A stretch of 24,183 nt of DNA from a virus (lineage: Duplodnaviria > Caudoviricetes). Both the position numbers and the translations under genes were made by a program. The notes under the pieces are model-generated. The model was not told the origin of the DNA. It worked only from the letters and a program-made list of their open reading frames with translations, and did not search any database. The stretch spans positions 1-24,183 of the IMG/VR virus record IMGVR_UViG_3300036855_000003; one strand, given 5' to 3'. Positions 1-8,235 of this stretch are shown one piece after another (position 1 is the stretch's first letter; each line of letters starts with the position of its first letter).

Positions 1-796
1 CGTTCCAGTTCTTGTTGACCCAGCCCCACTTACTGCTGCCGGCCGTCTGCTCGTATATACAGAGCTTGCCATCCTGGTTGGTATAGGTAACGACCTTCTT
101 GCCGTTGTCCGGGTCGATAGCCAGGCCTACACCGCTCCTGGCATTCGATCCAGGGTCCACGACTCCACCATTGACGCAGATGTTGCCGTTAGGAGCGATG
201 TAGGCATAGTACTGCTTGCCCTGATAGAATGCTACGTCCGATGACACGAGAATTCCTCCTGGTGTGGTACCGCCTCCGGAGCTTCCACCTTTGGCGCGCT
301 TGATGACCTCATCGATCGGGAAGCCGGACCCGCAGTCGACATGGCCGGAGCCCATCGATCCGAAGTTGACGTGCTGAGCGATTCCCTTGACCGTTCCGGA
401 CTGGGCCTGGGAATTGCTGAGCTTGGTATACGGGATACCGTACTTGGCGCAGAGATACCGGAGCCAGTCGGCCGCATTGTTGAGAAGGATGTTCTTGCCC
501 ATCCAGGTCGAATTCGACCACGAGGCATAGGCGCACATCTCCAGGCTGATACAGAAGTTGTTGGCGTTCCCCTGGGTCCACGCCTTGTGGTTCTCATACA
601 CGTAGGCTCCGAGGAGCCCGGCCGATGAGTTATCGGCTCCATGATGGCTGGAACATGCCGCCGACGACTGAGCGAACCAGTTGCCTAGTGCCTCGATAGT
701 CATTGCGCCTTCCGTGGTATGAAAGGCGATGACGTTGTACGGACCTCGCGAGGAGGAATAGTTGGGTGATGGCATCCACTTCTCTTTGATAGCCAC
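1..796 (-). CDS. Endolysin, N-acetylmuramoyl-L-alanine amidase (Amidase_2 type) with a C-terminal beta-rich binding domain; 3' end runs off the window
   Basis: Not in the ORF track. GTG at 796 overlaps the upstream TAG and follows GAGGAGGAAG. Hand translation is open for 265 codons to the edge: MAIKEKWMPSPNYSSSRGPYNVIAFHTTEG...SSHHGAD...KAWTQGNANNFCISLEMC...GIAQHVNFGSMGSGHVDCGSGFPIDEVI, matching the Amidase_2 pattern (SPN, HxTEG, AW, ISxE, H..HxD). A GGSSGGGTTPGG linker follows. Confidence 0.9.
   Translation of the reverse strand, partial: MAIKEKWMPSPNYSSSRGPYNVIAFHTTEGAMTIEALGNWFAQSSAACSSHHGADNSSAGLLGAYVYENHKAWTQGNANNFCISLEMCAYASWSNSTWMGKNILLNNAADWLRYLCAKYGIPYTKLSNSQAQSGTVKGIAQHVNFGSMGSGHVDCGSGFPIDEVIKRAKGGSSGGGTTPGGILVSSDVAFYQGKQYYAYIAPNGNICVNGGVVDPGSNARSGVGLAIDPDNGKKVVTYTNQDGKLCIYEQTAGSSKWGWVNKNWN
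245..260 (-). promoter_or_regulatory. Putative internal in-frame translation start in the endolysin (AGGAGGA + 6 nt + GTG, codon 184)
   Basis: Minus strand reads CC-AGGAGGA-ATTCTC-GTG; GTG at 247..245 is in frame (796-247=549) and lies at the end of the Gly-rich linker. Confidence 0.65.
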
Positions 797-1086
797 TAGT
801 CTTCCTCCTCCGGCTCCGGTTCGGTATCGTCCGGCTCGCCAGGATGATCCCTGCGCCACTGCGCAAGAGACTCCCGGTAACCCCGGAGCCTTTCACGGGC
901 ATCCCGGGGCATTTCCTTGCCCTTCCAGCCCCAGGGCTCGCTCGCCTCCTCATCGGGCTCCGGAGCCGGTGGGACCTCCTCCAGGTCCACCTCTCCGCGC
1001 CCCAGCTCATCGGAGTCGAATAGCTCATCTCGCAGCACGCGCCGGACTGGGTACCCTTCCGGCCTTTCCCTGTCTCGCCTGAACAT
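796..1086 (-). CDS. Hypothetical highly charged/acidic protein, 96 aa, coupled to the endolysin
   Basis: Strong SD GGAGGTGA just before ATG 1086; stop TAG overlaps the lysin GTG; same strand as the operon. Confidence 0.75.
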   Translation of the reverse strand: MFRRDRERPEGYPVRRVLRDELFDSDELGRGEVDLEEVPPAPEPDEEASEPWGWKGKEMPRDARERLRGYRESLAQWRRDHPGEPDDTEPEPEEED

Positions 1087-1104
1087 GCGTCACCTCCATG
1101 ACCG

Positions 1105-1110
1105 ATTCTA
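1105..1110 (-). promoter_or_regulatory. Possible -10 element (TAGAAT) for the lysis genes
   Basis: TANNNT hexamer in the 43-nt gap, 7 nt before the SD; no consensus -35. Confidence 0.35.
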
Positions 1111-1129
1111 CGCCTGCCCTAATGGACAG

Positions 1130-1294
1130 CTATAGCTTGTGGAGAATATCAATGGCCGTCCGGATAGCAATGTATATAGAGACTACCCATATCAGGAATG
1201 CGACTCCTATCCATATCACATTGATGAGCCATTGAGGGAGCGCGGTGTGCTCGCCTTCCTTCAGCGGGGTAGTCGAGAAATGGATATGCACCAT
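1130..1294 (-). CDS. Small single-pass membrane protein, 54 aa (holin-like or lysis accessory candidate)
   Basis: Below the ORF-track cutoff. GGGAG SD, ATG 1294: MVHIHFSTTPLKEGEHTALPQWLINVIWIGVAFLIWVVSIYIAIRTAIDILHKL*. One long hydrophobic stretch; fills the gap between tail and lysin genes. Confidence 0.75.
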   Translation of the reverse strand: MVHIHFSTTPLKEGEHTALPQWLINVIWIGVAFLIWVVSIYIAIRTAIDILHKL

Positions 1295-1302
1295 TGCGCT
1301 CC

Positions 1303-2145
1303 CTAGACAGTAAGGAATCCGTACTGATCGTCCAGTGCATACCGGCCGTATATGCCGATATTGTTAGGTGATAGCGAGGTCGGCAAGCCGACAACAACGA
1401 GCGTCCCGTTATTCTTTATCACCATCTTGGGCGTAGCCGGAGCGGCGATGTCGAGAGGCACGGGCCACTGCTGCCCTAGGTTGGTGGAAGTCGGCCGGTA
1501 ACGATCGGGCAGGGTGGCGAATGTAACGTTGTTGTAGTTGCCTGCTGGCGATGGAGTCTGGATCACTCCTGCTATCTCCACAAACGCAATATCATTGCTG
1601 AATCGGTACTGCGGAGGATTGGAGCCAGCAATCGACCCGATAAAGGCACCGGACAGCGGCCGCATATCGTGCCAGCTATCGTTGGTTACCCTCCGGTCAT
1701 CGATGAGCGTCGTCAGCGCTCCGGCCGATGTCGAGGTCCAGTGGCAGACCGGGTAGTCCCAGATACCCGTAGGAGTCTGGGTAATCGGAGGGATAGCAGG
1801 CGAGCCGGACGGCGTGCCGGTAATCACGACCGGCTGGACCACCGTAGGCGCAGACGTAGCTCCCCGGTTCAGCCGGATCACTAGACGGTCAATCCGGTTC
1901 TGCCCGGATGCGGCCGGAATGAGCGTGCTGACCGGAGCGTCGCAGCGCCAGAGCTGCCCCCGGATAGCAATGACGCCATCCGCGATCACGGCATTCCGGC
2001 CTCCGGTATCGAGAGAGGGAACCATAGCACTACCGATCGATGCGTCAATGGCATTAACGCCAGCCATTGCGCCCATCAGGTATTCCCATTCGGCCGTAGT
2101 CGTCATCTGGGTGAAAGCGCTAGGCCGTGAGTCGTAAGTAACCAT
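1303..2145 (-). CDS. Minor tail protein / receptor-binding candidate, 280 aa
   Basis: Follows the hub with TAATG overlap; N-terminal NRIDRLVIRL...ITGTP...WDYPV...DDRR typical of baseplate-attached proteins; C-terminal PPQYR...VEIAG...FATLPDRYRP head-type domain. Confidence 0.8.
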   Translation of the reverse strand: MVTYDSRPSAFTQMTTTAEWEYLMGAMAGVNAIDASIGSAMVPSLDTGGRNAVIADGVIAIRGQLWRCDAPVSTLIPAASGQNRIDRLVIRLNRGATSAPTVVQPVVITGTPSGSPAIPPITQTPTGIWDYPVCHWTSTSAGALTTLIDDRRVTNDSWHDMRPLSGAFIGSIAGSNPPQYRFSNDIAFVEIAGVIQTPSPAGNYNNVTFATLPDRYRPTSTNLGQQWPVPLDIAAPATPKMVIKNNGTLVVVGLPTSLSPNNIGIYGRYALDDQYGFLTV

Positions 2146-4793
2146 TATATTCCCAGTCTCTTTTCAAGGGATTTGATACGGGCCGTGAGCTGACCGATAA
2201 TACTGCTGTCTGTAGAGGTCGCGTCGGCCGACCGGCCTAGGTTCGGAACCACACTCATGGCCGGGTCCTGGCTAGGGTCGGCCGTAATTACAACGGAGCT
2301 AACAACGTCGGAGTAGCTCACACCAGGCACGACTTCGACAGTAACGAGGTCGCCAAGGTAGTAGTCCCGGCCGAACGTCAGGAATGGGGAGTCGGTCGGA
2401 GTCGCGCTGAGCGTCGGCCCGGCTGCCCCTGTAAGCAAGGCCGTCTGCGCCGCAGCCGCTAGGTTGTTCGCATCGCTATCGGAAGACTGATCTATATACT
2501 GCTCCGTGATATTCCACTGCGTGCGGGCAGTGGCCGTCCTAGAGACGAATGAAGCCGATCCCCGGACTAGGGCATCGGTACACGTTGGGTCGGTGAGCGA
2601 TAGGTTCACAGAAGTCAGGTTACCGAGGTCCTGAGAGAACCAGGCCTTGTGGGTTAGGTCCCGGGGCACATAGATATCGAATAGGAGCCGGTGCCCGTTC
2701 CGCGATATCTTCAGGCCCATCCCGGTCGGTCCTCCAGCATTGTTAATCATCGTCCGGAGGATATCCATTAGGTTGAGGCTGAAGTTCGCCGCAAACTTAA
2801 CCGTGTAGCTAATGTTCGCACCCCGGGCCGCATCGGTCGCGATATCGAGGAGCCCGTGCCGTCTTGCCGCGAGCGCTCCAGCTCCAGCATTCAGGTTCAC
2901 GTAATGCTTGATAGCCGTCTCTAGTTTCTGGGCGCTAACGGCATCGGTAGCTCCGGCCGTCTGCGAGCCCCACGCCGCAGCCGGATTGGGATAGGCAATC
3001 TTGTTCGCGAGGATCGCAAGGTAATCGGCTCCGCTGAGGATGATGTATGGACCTGGTGAGCTGGCTCCTCCGGTACCTCCCTGCCGCGCATTCGGTAGCG
3101 AGTCGGTATAGCCCGGCTGTTCGCATTTCCCACCGAAGGTGAATAGGTTCCGCCAGTTAACCTCAACAATAACCTCACCAGCCTGTATCGCATTCCAGAG
3201 ATCGTCCGAATAGGGCACGACCATAGACCACGAGCCGACCTGATTGTAATAGAGCTGAGCCGTCAGCGTAACAAACTGGATAGGCATGAGCGCGACGAGC
3301 GAGCTATTGAGGAGCTGGGCTGTAACGATCTCCTGTGAACCGGCTAGTGGATACTGGAATAGCGCAGACGGCTTGAGCCAGCCATCACCAAATGACGGAG
3401 TGCGCGAGCTAGCATCAATGATGACGACTTTGGTGTGAACGCCAAGAGCCCAGCTAGCCGTCGAGGAAAGGCCCGTTATCTTAAACGTGACCGGGATTGT
3501 CCCGTTTGCGGAGGAAGCCGTGGCCGAAAGGCCATTCAGGAATCCCTTGAGGATAAGAGCCCCATCGGCCTCCGAGGTCGTGGATGAGAACCCATCAACC
3601 TCGATTGAGCTAGCGGGCTGGATCTCGACTGCGATCATCGACTCAACGTTATGGTCCCAGCCGACGATCACGCTTCCGGTTCCGGAGGTAAGCGCTGTCC
3701 TCCGGCCGAATAGGCTCGCAAGGTTTGTATCCAGCGACCAGTCAACCGATATCAGAGGATTGGTGCCGCCACTCCCGGCTCCTACAAAGCTCCCGTAATA
3801 GTCGAGATCATAGCCAGGACCCGGGCCTATTGATATCGACTTGGCAGAACCATTCTGAAGCGCGCTGCCGAATCCGAGCCCGGTCAAGCTCTCCGTATGC
3901 GTCGCATTCTCATCCTGGTGATAATTCTTGATGCTATTGATATCGCTCGCGTTCCACGACCCGGGGATGCTAGTCCGGTTTGTATATCCGAGCCTGACCG
4001 TGAGCCCGGCATTGTACCAGGAATGCGTATTGGTGAGCCGGATGCTGACATTACCAATATCCACTCCGGCGAGGTCGGCCTGAGGATTCCCGCCGATAAT
4101 GCCTAGGCTCTTGCGGGTGCCGTTAAATGACCCGCCAGAATCGGTCGTGCCGCCCTGAAGTAGGTCATTCCCAGAGTTTGTGATCTGCTGGTTATCATTC
4201 GATGAGGAATCCGAGCCGTGGAATGGCTGTGAATCCGATAGGTGATACTGCCGGTTACCGCTCTGGGAATTGACGAGGTCGGTCCAGGAATCGATGCTGG
4301 TACAATCCGACCGCACCGTAGCTCCGGCCGTAGACTTGATCCCGCCAACCATATAGACAATCGATCCGGGACCAGTCGGGGCTATTGAGGCATTGTAGCT
4401 GAATACCGCAACGGTATTCCCAGCTTGCGTATCATCGCCTCCGGTTAGGACCCTAGGCGCAAGGTGAACCGAAGCACGGCCGGTATTAGTATTGGTTGCG
4501 GTAATCGTCGTGGAGCCCGGAGCTACATCATAGTAGTGGAAATAGACCCCATGGAATTCGGAGCCGTTGGAGCTATTCGCGCTCAGCGTCCTCTTTGCGG
4601 CAAAGGTAGCTCCCCGGTTATCCCTGACAGTAACCGTCCCGCTGTAGGAATCGGCCGCAAGCTTCCAGGTTAGCAGAACAACGACAAGCGATTTGTCAGG
4701 AGGAGTAAAGGCCGCAGATGTAGCCGTCCCAGAGCTATTGGCTCCGCGACGGAGGACGGCCGGTGTACTCGAATGCTCCGCAAGAGTCGTCAT
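2145..4793 (-). CDS. Baseplate hub/Tal-like protein (ReqiPepy6 Gp37-like C-terminal half) with an N-terminal fibre-like extension of about 480 aa; 882 aa
   Basis: Position after Dit; ATG 4793 overlaps the Dit TGA. C-terminal half has YNQVGSWSM...GADYLAILANKIAYP...FSQDLGNL...FGRDYYLGDLVTVEV and a terminal LTARIKSLEKR helix, typical of actinophage hub proteins. Confidence 0.85.
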   Translation of the reverse strand: MTTLAEHSSTPAVLRRGANSSGTATSAAFTPPDKSLVVVLLTWKLAADSYSGTVTVRDNRGATFAAKRTLSANSSNGSEFHGVYFHYYDVAPGSTTITATNTNTGRASVHLAPRVLTGGDDTQAGNTVAVFSYNASIAPTGPGSIVYMVGGIKSTAGATVRSDCTSIDSWTDLVNSQSGNRQYHLSDSQPFHGSDSSSNDNQQITNSGNDLLQGGTTDSGGSFNGTRKSLGIIGGNPQADLAGVDIGNVSIRLTNTHSWYNAGLTVRLGYTNRTSIPGSWNASDINSIKNYHQDENATHTESLTGLGFGSALQNGSAKSISIGPGPGYDLDYYGSFVGAGSGGTNPLISVDWSLDTNLASLFGRRTALTSGTGSVIVGWDHNVESMIAVEIQPASSIEVDGFSSTTSEADGALILKGFLNGLSATASSANGTIPVTFKITGLSSTASWALGVHTKVVIIDASSRTPSFGDGWLKPSALFQYPLAGSQEIVTAQLLNSSLVALMPIQFVTLTAQLYYNQVGSWSMVVPYSDDLWNAIQAGEVIVEVNWRNLFTFGGKCEQPGYTDSLPNARQGGTGGASSPGPYIILSGADYLAILANKIAYPNPAAAWGSQTAGATDAVSAQKLETAIKHYVNLNAGAGALAARRHGLLDIATDAARGANISYTVKFAANFSLNLMDILRTMINNAGGPTGMGLKISRNGHRLLFDIYVPRDLTHKAWFSQDLGNLTSVNLSLTDPTCTDALVRGSASFVSRTATARTQWNITEQYIDQSSDSDANNLAAAAQTALLTGAAGPTLSATPTDSPFLTFGRDYYLGDLVTVEVVPGVSYSDVVSSVVITADPSQDPAMSVVPNLGRSADATSTDSSIIGQLTARIKSLEKRLGI
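3360..3599 (-). repeat. Four 20-aa repeats in the hub N-terminal extension
   Basis: VDGFSSTTSEADGALILKGF / LNGLSATASSANGTIPVTFK / ITGLSSTASWALGVHTKVVI / IDASSRTPSFGDGWLKPSAL. Confidence 0.8.
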
Positions 4794-5701
4794 GCCCGCA
4801 GCCACCTATTCCGCCAGGAAAGGCCGATGGTAGTCGCGAGCGTCGAGCCGGTCATCACGATGTTTATTGAGTTGTTCCCTGGGACTAGCGGCCATAGGTC
4901 ACGAGGAGAGGACAGCACAAGGGAGTCCCATATGTTGGTCGCGGTAGTCGTATCAACAACGCTCTGTCTCCCCGGCTGCGTCACAATCTGGACTACGTGG
5001 CCGGCCGATACCGGGGATGACAGGGCAAATGACCGGCCGGTCGTCAGATTAGATAGGGTCGGAGTCCCAGGCCCGGTCAGCGTCCATACCGGGTAAGTGC
5101 TCTCGCCTCCGGTGTTAAGGATGTTGACTGCACCGATAACCGAGCCCGACGCGAACCGGATAGGCAGCAAGGGCAGAATTCCGGTAGCATTCGAGATCGC
5201 AAACAGGAGCTGGTTGACATCGACGTTATACCAGAATGGATCCGGAGTCTGGAGCGTAAAGGTATACAGGGTATTGTGAACTCCGACTTCTGGCGTATTG
5301 ATACCGGAAGTCGTGTATACCTGGATCTGCCGGGTAGTCCCATCCGGCCTCTGGATTGATAGCGTCCCAAAGGCCGGGGCCATATTGCGCCGGTTATAGA
5401 AGGCGTGAGTAATCCGGTCCAGCATGTTGTAGTATGCATTCTCATCGTCAGCGGTAAACTCAGCATCACCAATCCTAGACCGGGCGATAAGAATTGCGAC
5501 CACAATCGACCCGGGCTGCGGGATATAGAAGTTGGTATAAGCCGTTCCGTCGAGGAGCGGCGTTGTCTGCATCTGAACCGGCAAACCCTCGATTCCGGCT
5601 ATCCCAGCGCACGCATAACCCTGCGATGCTGAATAGTCAGACAGGTTCCATTCCCCGCCATCCGGATCGATGTACTCAATAACGAGAGGAGTTGTTGTCA
5701 T
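4790..5701 (-). CDS. Distal tail protein (Dit), 303 aa
   Basis: Directly after tape measure; GIEGLP...LDG, FTLQTPDPFWY, NTGGESTYPVWTLTGP, LWPLVPGNNSI motifs of siphophage Dit. Confidence 0.88.
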   Translation of the reverse strand: MTTTPLVIEYIDPDGGEWNLSDYSASQGYACAGIAGIEGLPVQMQTTPLLDGTAYTNFYIPQPGSIVVAILIARSRIGDAEFTADDENAYYNMLDRITHAFYNRRNMAPAFGTLSIQRPDGTTRQIQVYTTSGINTPEVGVHNTLYTFTLQTPDPFWYNVDVNQLLFAISNATGILPLLPIRFASGSVIGAVNILNTGGESTYPVWTLTGPGTPTLSNLTTGRSFALSSPVSAGHVVQIVTQPGRQSVVDTTTATNIWDSLVLSSPRDLWPLVPGNNSINIVMTGSTLATTIGLSWRNRWLRA

Positions 5702-8235
5702 TACCGCCTCCTGCCCTGACGGTTAAGGTTGCCCTGAGTAACCGACATTGCCGCAAAGGCCGTCCGGACGTGCCCCTCAATAGCCTGTCCGGTAAGGCCG
5801 TCGAAATGGGCCACGTACATTGCGCCGCCATCGCCGCCACGAGCGGCTGCCCTAAGCTGATCGGCCGACAGGATAAGCTCGCTCTCGCCCGTCCTGTTAA
5901 CGGCCATGGTAACTCCCGGAGGTAGCCAGCCACCTGTATCATATCCGTGCCCGGAGCCGACTCCCATCGAGCCTCGCATTAGCGATGGGCCATAGACCGT
6001 CCTCGCGTAGTTCAGCGCAGCCGCGACATTCGCGAGCGGGTCATAGATGTTGTAGCTCGTTCCGGCTACGTGATAGGCTGCGAACGTACTCCCAATAGTC
6101 TGCATTAGACCTCTCGATGGATCTCCGCGCTGAGCGTTAACGTCCCAGTTGTTAATCGAGTTGGGATTGCCACCCGATTCCGTCTGCATCTGATAGAGGA
6201 CGCGAGGAGCTAGCGACTGCGGCAGGCCTAGCATTCCAAGAGCCTGCGCGACTACTCCGGCCCAGCGCGCAACCCCGGAGCCTCCTCCACCGAATAGCTT
6301 GCTGAAGAACCCACCCACCGAGGAGCCAATCTTTGTGAGGGTACCCCAGACAGCCTTGAGAGGTCCGGTGACATTCGTAGCGAGGCCGACAAAGAAGTCC
6401 TTCACATTAGCGGCTCCGTGCGCTATTCCCTTCAGGAGCCCGCCCATGATATGCTTGCCGGCGTCAATCGACCAGGCTGGAGGCGAGGCGATACCGAGTG
6501 CGTGAAGGATAGCGTGGGGCATCCCCTTGAACCAGGACACTACGTTATTCCAGGCCGACTTGATCCCATTCCAGAGGCCGTTGACAATCGCCTCTCCGAC
6601 GCTAACAAGCCAGGTTCCGGCATTCGCTACTGCGCCTGATATCCTCCCCCGGATAGTCCCGAATAGCCGCACGAGGTCCTGGATGCCCCGGATCGCACGG
6701 CCGATCGTATTGTTCCAGACCATGTCCCAGTAATGGCCGGAATTAGCGACGATCTCATTAAGCCTCTGGTTGATACTCGCCCGGAGCCTAGCATGCCAGG
6801 CCGTTACGTCCTGGACTCCCCGGATAACACGGCCGATCGTATTACTCCAGAGGAGATTCCAGGCGCGAGCCGCATCACTCTGGAATAGGTGCCACTGATC
6901 CCGCATATTCTGGCCGATACGACTCAGCCAGTTCTGGATACCCTGGTGAATCCGGATGACCGCACCGATTGTATTGTTGTAGATGCTATCCCAGATATGG
7001 GCGATCTCGTGCCGTACTCCGTCGAACACAACGGCCGTCTGATGCATTACCGGCCAGAAGTGCTCGATGATATAGGCCGCTACCTTAGCCAGCCAGGCAA
7101 TAGCCATCAGTGCGCCTTCAACAATCAGCGCAAGGAATTTGATAAAGCTAGCAAAGGCCTGAGGGTGCGCCGATATCGCATTAGCAACGGCAGTGATCCC
7201 GTGAGCTATCGCATTAGCAATACCGGGGACCTCCGGTGTCAGCGCTGTGAGGAGAGCCGAGAATGACCGGGCTATCGCATCAATGGATTCCTTCACGGCA
7301 GGCTGGGTGAAAGCCTCCAGGAAAACATCGGCAAACTCCTGGACCGGCCCGGCTATCATCTGCATGATAGCCTTGAAGAACGGAGTCATCCGGTCCATGA
7401 TGATCCCGGCCATAGCAAGGATGTGCTGGAGTACCGGGACAAATGCCGCGCCGACTTCCTCAAAGTCCTTTTTGGCATTTGCCTTAAAAGCATCAAACTG
7501 CTTATTCAGCTTCCCGGTCATCACCGCGCCGATAACGCCAATACCGGTCAGCGCCCCACCGAGCCCCAGGACGATCCCACCCGCAATAGCCTGTCCGAGG
7601 AATGGCGCGATGCTAGCCGCAAGAGCCGCTACGCCAGCCAGGATATAAGGATTGGAGAGACCTAGGCTAGCGACTCCTCCCCCACCCTTAGCCGCTCCTC
7701 CGGCCGCATCCGAGCCCCCACCGAACATTCCGCCCAGGAGCCCGCCACGGCCTCCTCCCCCGGCACCCGCAATGTCATTCTTGAGGAGAGCTAGCTGGGA
7801 ACGGGCATACCCGATATCGAACCGGACATTGATGCCGTCGGCCTTCCGGGCTAGCTGCCCTAGTTCTCCCTCGATAACAGCAAGCTCACGGACAGCCTTG
7901 TCCGAGTCAATGATGTCTGTCTTAGATAGCTCCTCCAGCCGGGCTCGCAGTTCCTGAAGCTTCCTATCGACCTTTGTTGAGTCGCCGTCTAGTTCGGCCT
8001 TTGGGAGAGCCTGGAGCGCTGCCTTCAGCCGTTTCCGGAAGTTATCAGAGAATGCGCCTGCGGATTCGGTACCGGCCTTTCCCATGGAGTCACTAATCTG
8101 CCGGCTCATGCTCTGGCCGACCTCCTGGCCGACCCGGGAGGAGGAAGGCACAAGCTCAGCACGGAGCCGGTTATTCCAGTTGGATGCGTCCGGGACCACT
8201 CCGACGCTAACGCTACCAACGAATATGTCGGCCAT
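5701..8235 (-). CDS. Tape measure protein with C-terminal lytic transglycosylase (SLT-like) domain, 844 aa
   Basis: Follows the chaperones; VGSVSVGVVPD start, helical Ala/Gly-rich body with periodic Trp, GIASP motif; TESGGNPNSINNWD...GLMQTIGSTF...NIYDPLANVAAALNY catalytic motifs; GYDTGGWL tail. Confidence 0.93.
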   Translation of the reverse strand: MADIFVGSVSVGVVPDASNWNNRLRAELVPSSSRVGQEVGQSMSRQISDSMGKAGTESAGAFSDNFRKRLKAALQALPKAELDGDSTKVDRKLQELRARLEELSKTDIIDSDKAVRELAVIEGELGQLARKADGINVRFDIGYARSQLALLKNDIAGAGGGGRGGLLGGMFGGGSDAAGGAAKGGGGVASLGLSNPYILAGVAALAASIAPFLGQAIAGGIVLGLGGALTGIGVIGAVMTGKLNKQFDAFKANAKKDFEEVGAAFVPVLQHILAMAGIIMDRMTPFFKAIMQMIAGPVQEFADVFLEAFTQPAVKESIDAIARSFSALLTALTPEVPGIANAIAHGITAVANAISAHPQAFASFIKFLALIVEGALMAIAWLAKVAAYIIEHFWPVMHQTAVVFDGVRHEIAHIWDSIYNNTIGAVIRIHQGIQNWLSRIGQNMRDQWHLFQSDAARAWNLLWSNTIGRVIRGVQDVTAWHARLRASINQRLNEIVANSGHYWDMVWNNTIGRAIRGIQDLVRLFGTIRGRISGAVANAGTWLVSVGEAIVNGLWNGIKSAWNNVVSWFKGMPHAILHALGIASPPAWSIDAGKHIMGGLLKGIAHGAANVKDFFVGLATNVTGPLKAVWGTLTKIGSSVGGFFSKLFGGGGSGVARWAGVVAQALGMLGLPQSLAPRVLYQMQTESGGNPNSINNWDVNAQRGDPSRGLMQTIGSTFAAYHVAGTSYNIYDPLANVAAALNYARTVYGPSLMRGSMGVGSGHGYDTGGWLPPGVTMAVNRTGESELILSADQLRAAARGGDGGAMYVAHFDGLTGQAIEGHVRTAFAAMSVTQGNLNRQGRRR

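Noticed and set aside
232-1028. Track ORFs 232..642, 309..581 and 630..1028 on the minus strand
   Set aside because: Alternative frames of the amidase and 96-aa genes; the amidase frame was omitted from the track because it has no stop in the window.
1149-1397. 82-aa minus-strand ORF
   Set aside because: Overlaps the tail gene by 95 nt with no SD; the 54-aa membrane ORF in another frame fits the gap better.
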